From Macrostomum lignano (taxonomy: Eukaryota): 64,000 bases of DNA. The stretch is taken from assembly GCA_002269645.1 (NCBI GenBank), contig NIVC01001814.1, forward strand, positions 94,751-158,750. Direction: 5' to 3'. Positions 62,034 to 64,000 of this stretch are shown here, piece after piece (position 1 is the stretch's first letter; every line of letters begins with the position of its first letter). The translations under genes were made by a program, and so were the position numbers. Below the pieces are notes generated by a model. It made no database searches and was not told the DNA's origin. It worked only from the letters and a program-made list of their open reading frames with translations.

Positions 62034-62825
62034 CTAGCAGCATTTGCCACCGCCGGCGCCTGAAGCTCCGTCTACGTCATCCTCGCCAACAATGATGCCG
62101 GCGTTTCGGCCAGAGGAACGTCGACCAGCTGACGTTGCGCCCTCAGACCTTGACGTGGACGACCTAGACGAGGAGCCTGGGTTGGACGCCTCCTCGGCGT
62201 CGCGACGAGCCAGCATGTCGGCTGTCAGGCGAGCGAACGCCTCTTCTACGCCGCGGTTCAGCTTAGCGGATGTGCCGCAGTGCTTGGCGCCGACCGAGCT
62301 GGCGAATTCCTCGGCATTCGCTAGCGGTACATGACGATCGCGTTCGAGGTCAATCTGTAGGGAGACAGTTTTACCAAATAGCAATACGAACTGCAAACTG
62401 CTACCAAACAAAGACCGGTACAAATTATCTATCGTGGGGATAATATGCCCTCCCCGCAGTGTTCGCACCTTATTGCCAACTAGGTACAGTGTGACATCGT
62501 TGCCGCGAATCTTGCGCAGCTCCTTGACCCAGTTGCGCGCCTTCTCGAACGAATCCTCGTCAGTGATGTCGTAAACTAGAATAGCGCCGTCACTATCCCG
62601 ATAGTAGATTGGACCGAGGGCGTGAAAGCGCTCCTGCCCGGCCGTGTCCCAGATGTTCAGCGTCACCCGTCGGCCGGAGACGTTAAGTTTCTTAGAAAGG
62701 AACGAGGCCTGCACTGTGGTTAAGTGTTTGTCATTGAACTTATCCTCGACGTAGCGCAGCGCCAAAGAAGTTTTGCCGACACAGCCCTCGCCCAAGAGGA
62801 CAATTTTAAATTCTCTGTTGGACAT
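62034..62825 (-). CDS. RAB21: Rab21 small GTPase, 225 aa, 2 exons (62825-62469; 62354-62034)
   Basis: Rab21-typical motifs FKIVLLGEGCVGKTSL, HLTTVQASF, WDTAGQERFHALGPIYYRDS, GNK|ID, TSAK and C-terminal KCC. The 114-nt GT-AG intron is 62355-62468. Confidence 0.93.
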   Translation of the reverse strand: MSNREFKIVLLGEGCVGKTSLALRYVEDKFNDKHLTTVQASFLSKKLNVSGRRVTLNIWDTAGQERFHALGPIYYRDSDGAILVYDITDEDSFEKARNWVKELRKIRGNDVTLYLVGNKVRTLRGGHIIPTIDNLYRSLFGSSLQFVLLFGKTVSLQIDLERDRHVPLANAEEFASSVGAKHCGTSAKLNRGVEEAFARLTADMLARRDAEEASNPGSSSRSSTSRSEGATSAGRRSSGRNAGIIVGEDDVDGASGAGGGKCC

Positions 62826-64000
62826 TACTGCAACAGTTTTTTCAATCAAATTAGCAAATAACTGTGCTTTTTAGCCGGGTAAAAAATAATTAGAGAAAGC
62901 GAAAAGATAAAAACATACAAGGGGGGCCGAGATTTGAGGTGGTGGCGTGAGGAGGTCCGCTCTGTATTCTAATTATTAAGCTTGTGCGCGGTGCGCACAG
63001 AGCTTGGTCTTCTCGTCCCCAACTCCCTGCACCAGCTCTGGTTGGTGTGTCTGTATTTCTGCACACAAATTTTAGCGTCAGGCTTCAAGGCCTCGAACAC
63101 AAGCCCTCCTCCCGCTCCAGTGCCAGCCCCGCCACTTCTACTAGGACCTGCGACCCGTTTTCAGATAAGCAAACCGGCCGCCCCTTTCTCTCCGCAAATC
63201 AATGTACATTGGTTCTAATTTAAATTTCTAGTGTACATTGGATCAAATGTACACTCGTCGCGACTCGTACACACTGAACGAACGCACGGATCTCTTTTTC
63301 CCTTCACACAGTTTTACAAGCGTACGCTCGTATAAGGCTAGATTACGACTTTACGAGACGCGCGGCAATGAGTAAATGAATTTGTAATACCTTCAACACA
63401 TACGCATCGTACCATGTAATATTTAACGGATCGAATGACAGCGTTATAAAATTGTTCCAATTATTGTTCCAATTGTTCCAATTGTTCCAATGCAAGCCAG
63501 AAAGTAAAAAGGGGATTATTCACTAAGGAAACAAAAAACAATTCAGACTAAAGATTTTTTCGAGTTTATTTTGCTTGACACAGACTGGTTATAAAAAACG
63601 TTCGACAACAATGCACTTTATATTTTTATGGAGACAATTTTCAGCTTTTTAAACCGAGCTGTACTGATTGTTAGCGTTGTAAACAGCGAGCTGTTTTGCA
63701 CTGATAAGATAGCGGACGTCATACATAGCGATTACGGTGCGTATTTTTGAGTCTGGATTTACCAGAGAAAAACAACAAAAAAGTTGCTGCAATTAGCGCG
63801 AAATACGAGTAAATACGAGTATTAAAACAATCAGCGTCAATAGTACATGCACTTCTTGTACATGAAGTATGGTACTAATGTTATATAGTTAACGAACTCG
63901 CCAACCAACTGACAAGCATGCAACCAGCAGTGTTGTTCATCCATTTAAGACTGCAGTAGGTCTTTGCTAAGTTCTCCATTTACTGTTTAAGAATGATACA

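Overview
Eukaryotic (metazoan) genomic DNA with GT-AG introns, GC-rich exons and introns packed with mini/microsatellites. The style suggests a free-living flatworm such as Macrostomum, but this is inference only. Six genes were reconstructed by hand. (1) A 6-exon ephrin (+, 8164-29001, 251 aa) with a GPI-type tail. (2) An 11-exon class B1/secretin-family GPCR (+, 39912-51402) that, unusually, has TWO complete hormone-binding ectodomains, each on its own phase-0 exon. (3) An intronless synaptotagmin-like protein with a signal peptide (+, 52693-54324). (4) An unknown gene (-, 56049-~58302) with an apparent frame break. (5) A secreted multi-block protein (+, 59225-61114): Cys domain, Thr mucin, Gly-His tract and GGW[RQ]KRR repeats. 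(6) Rab21 (-, 62034-62825). The first ~6.9 kb is a compact island of intronless orphan ORFs and repeat ORFs that may be virus- or Maverick-derived (unproven). The window also holds a decayed RNase H-type LINE, a gag remnant, a tRNA-derived SINE family and more than 20 tandem arrays. Most long ORFs in the supplied track are repeat artefacts. All exon models were derived by eye, without database searches.
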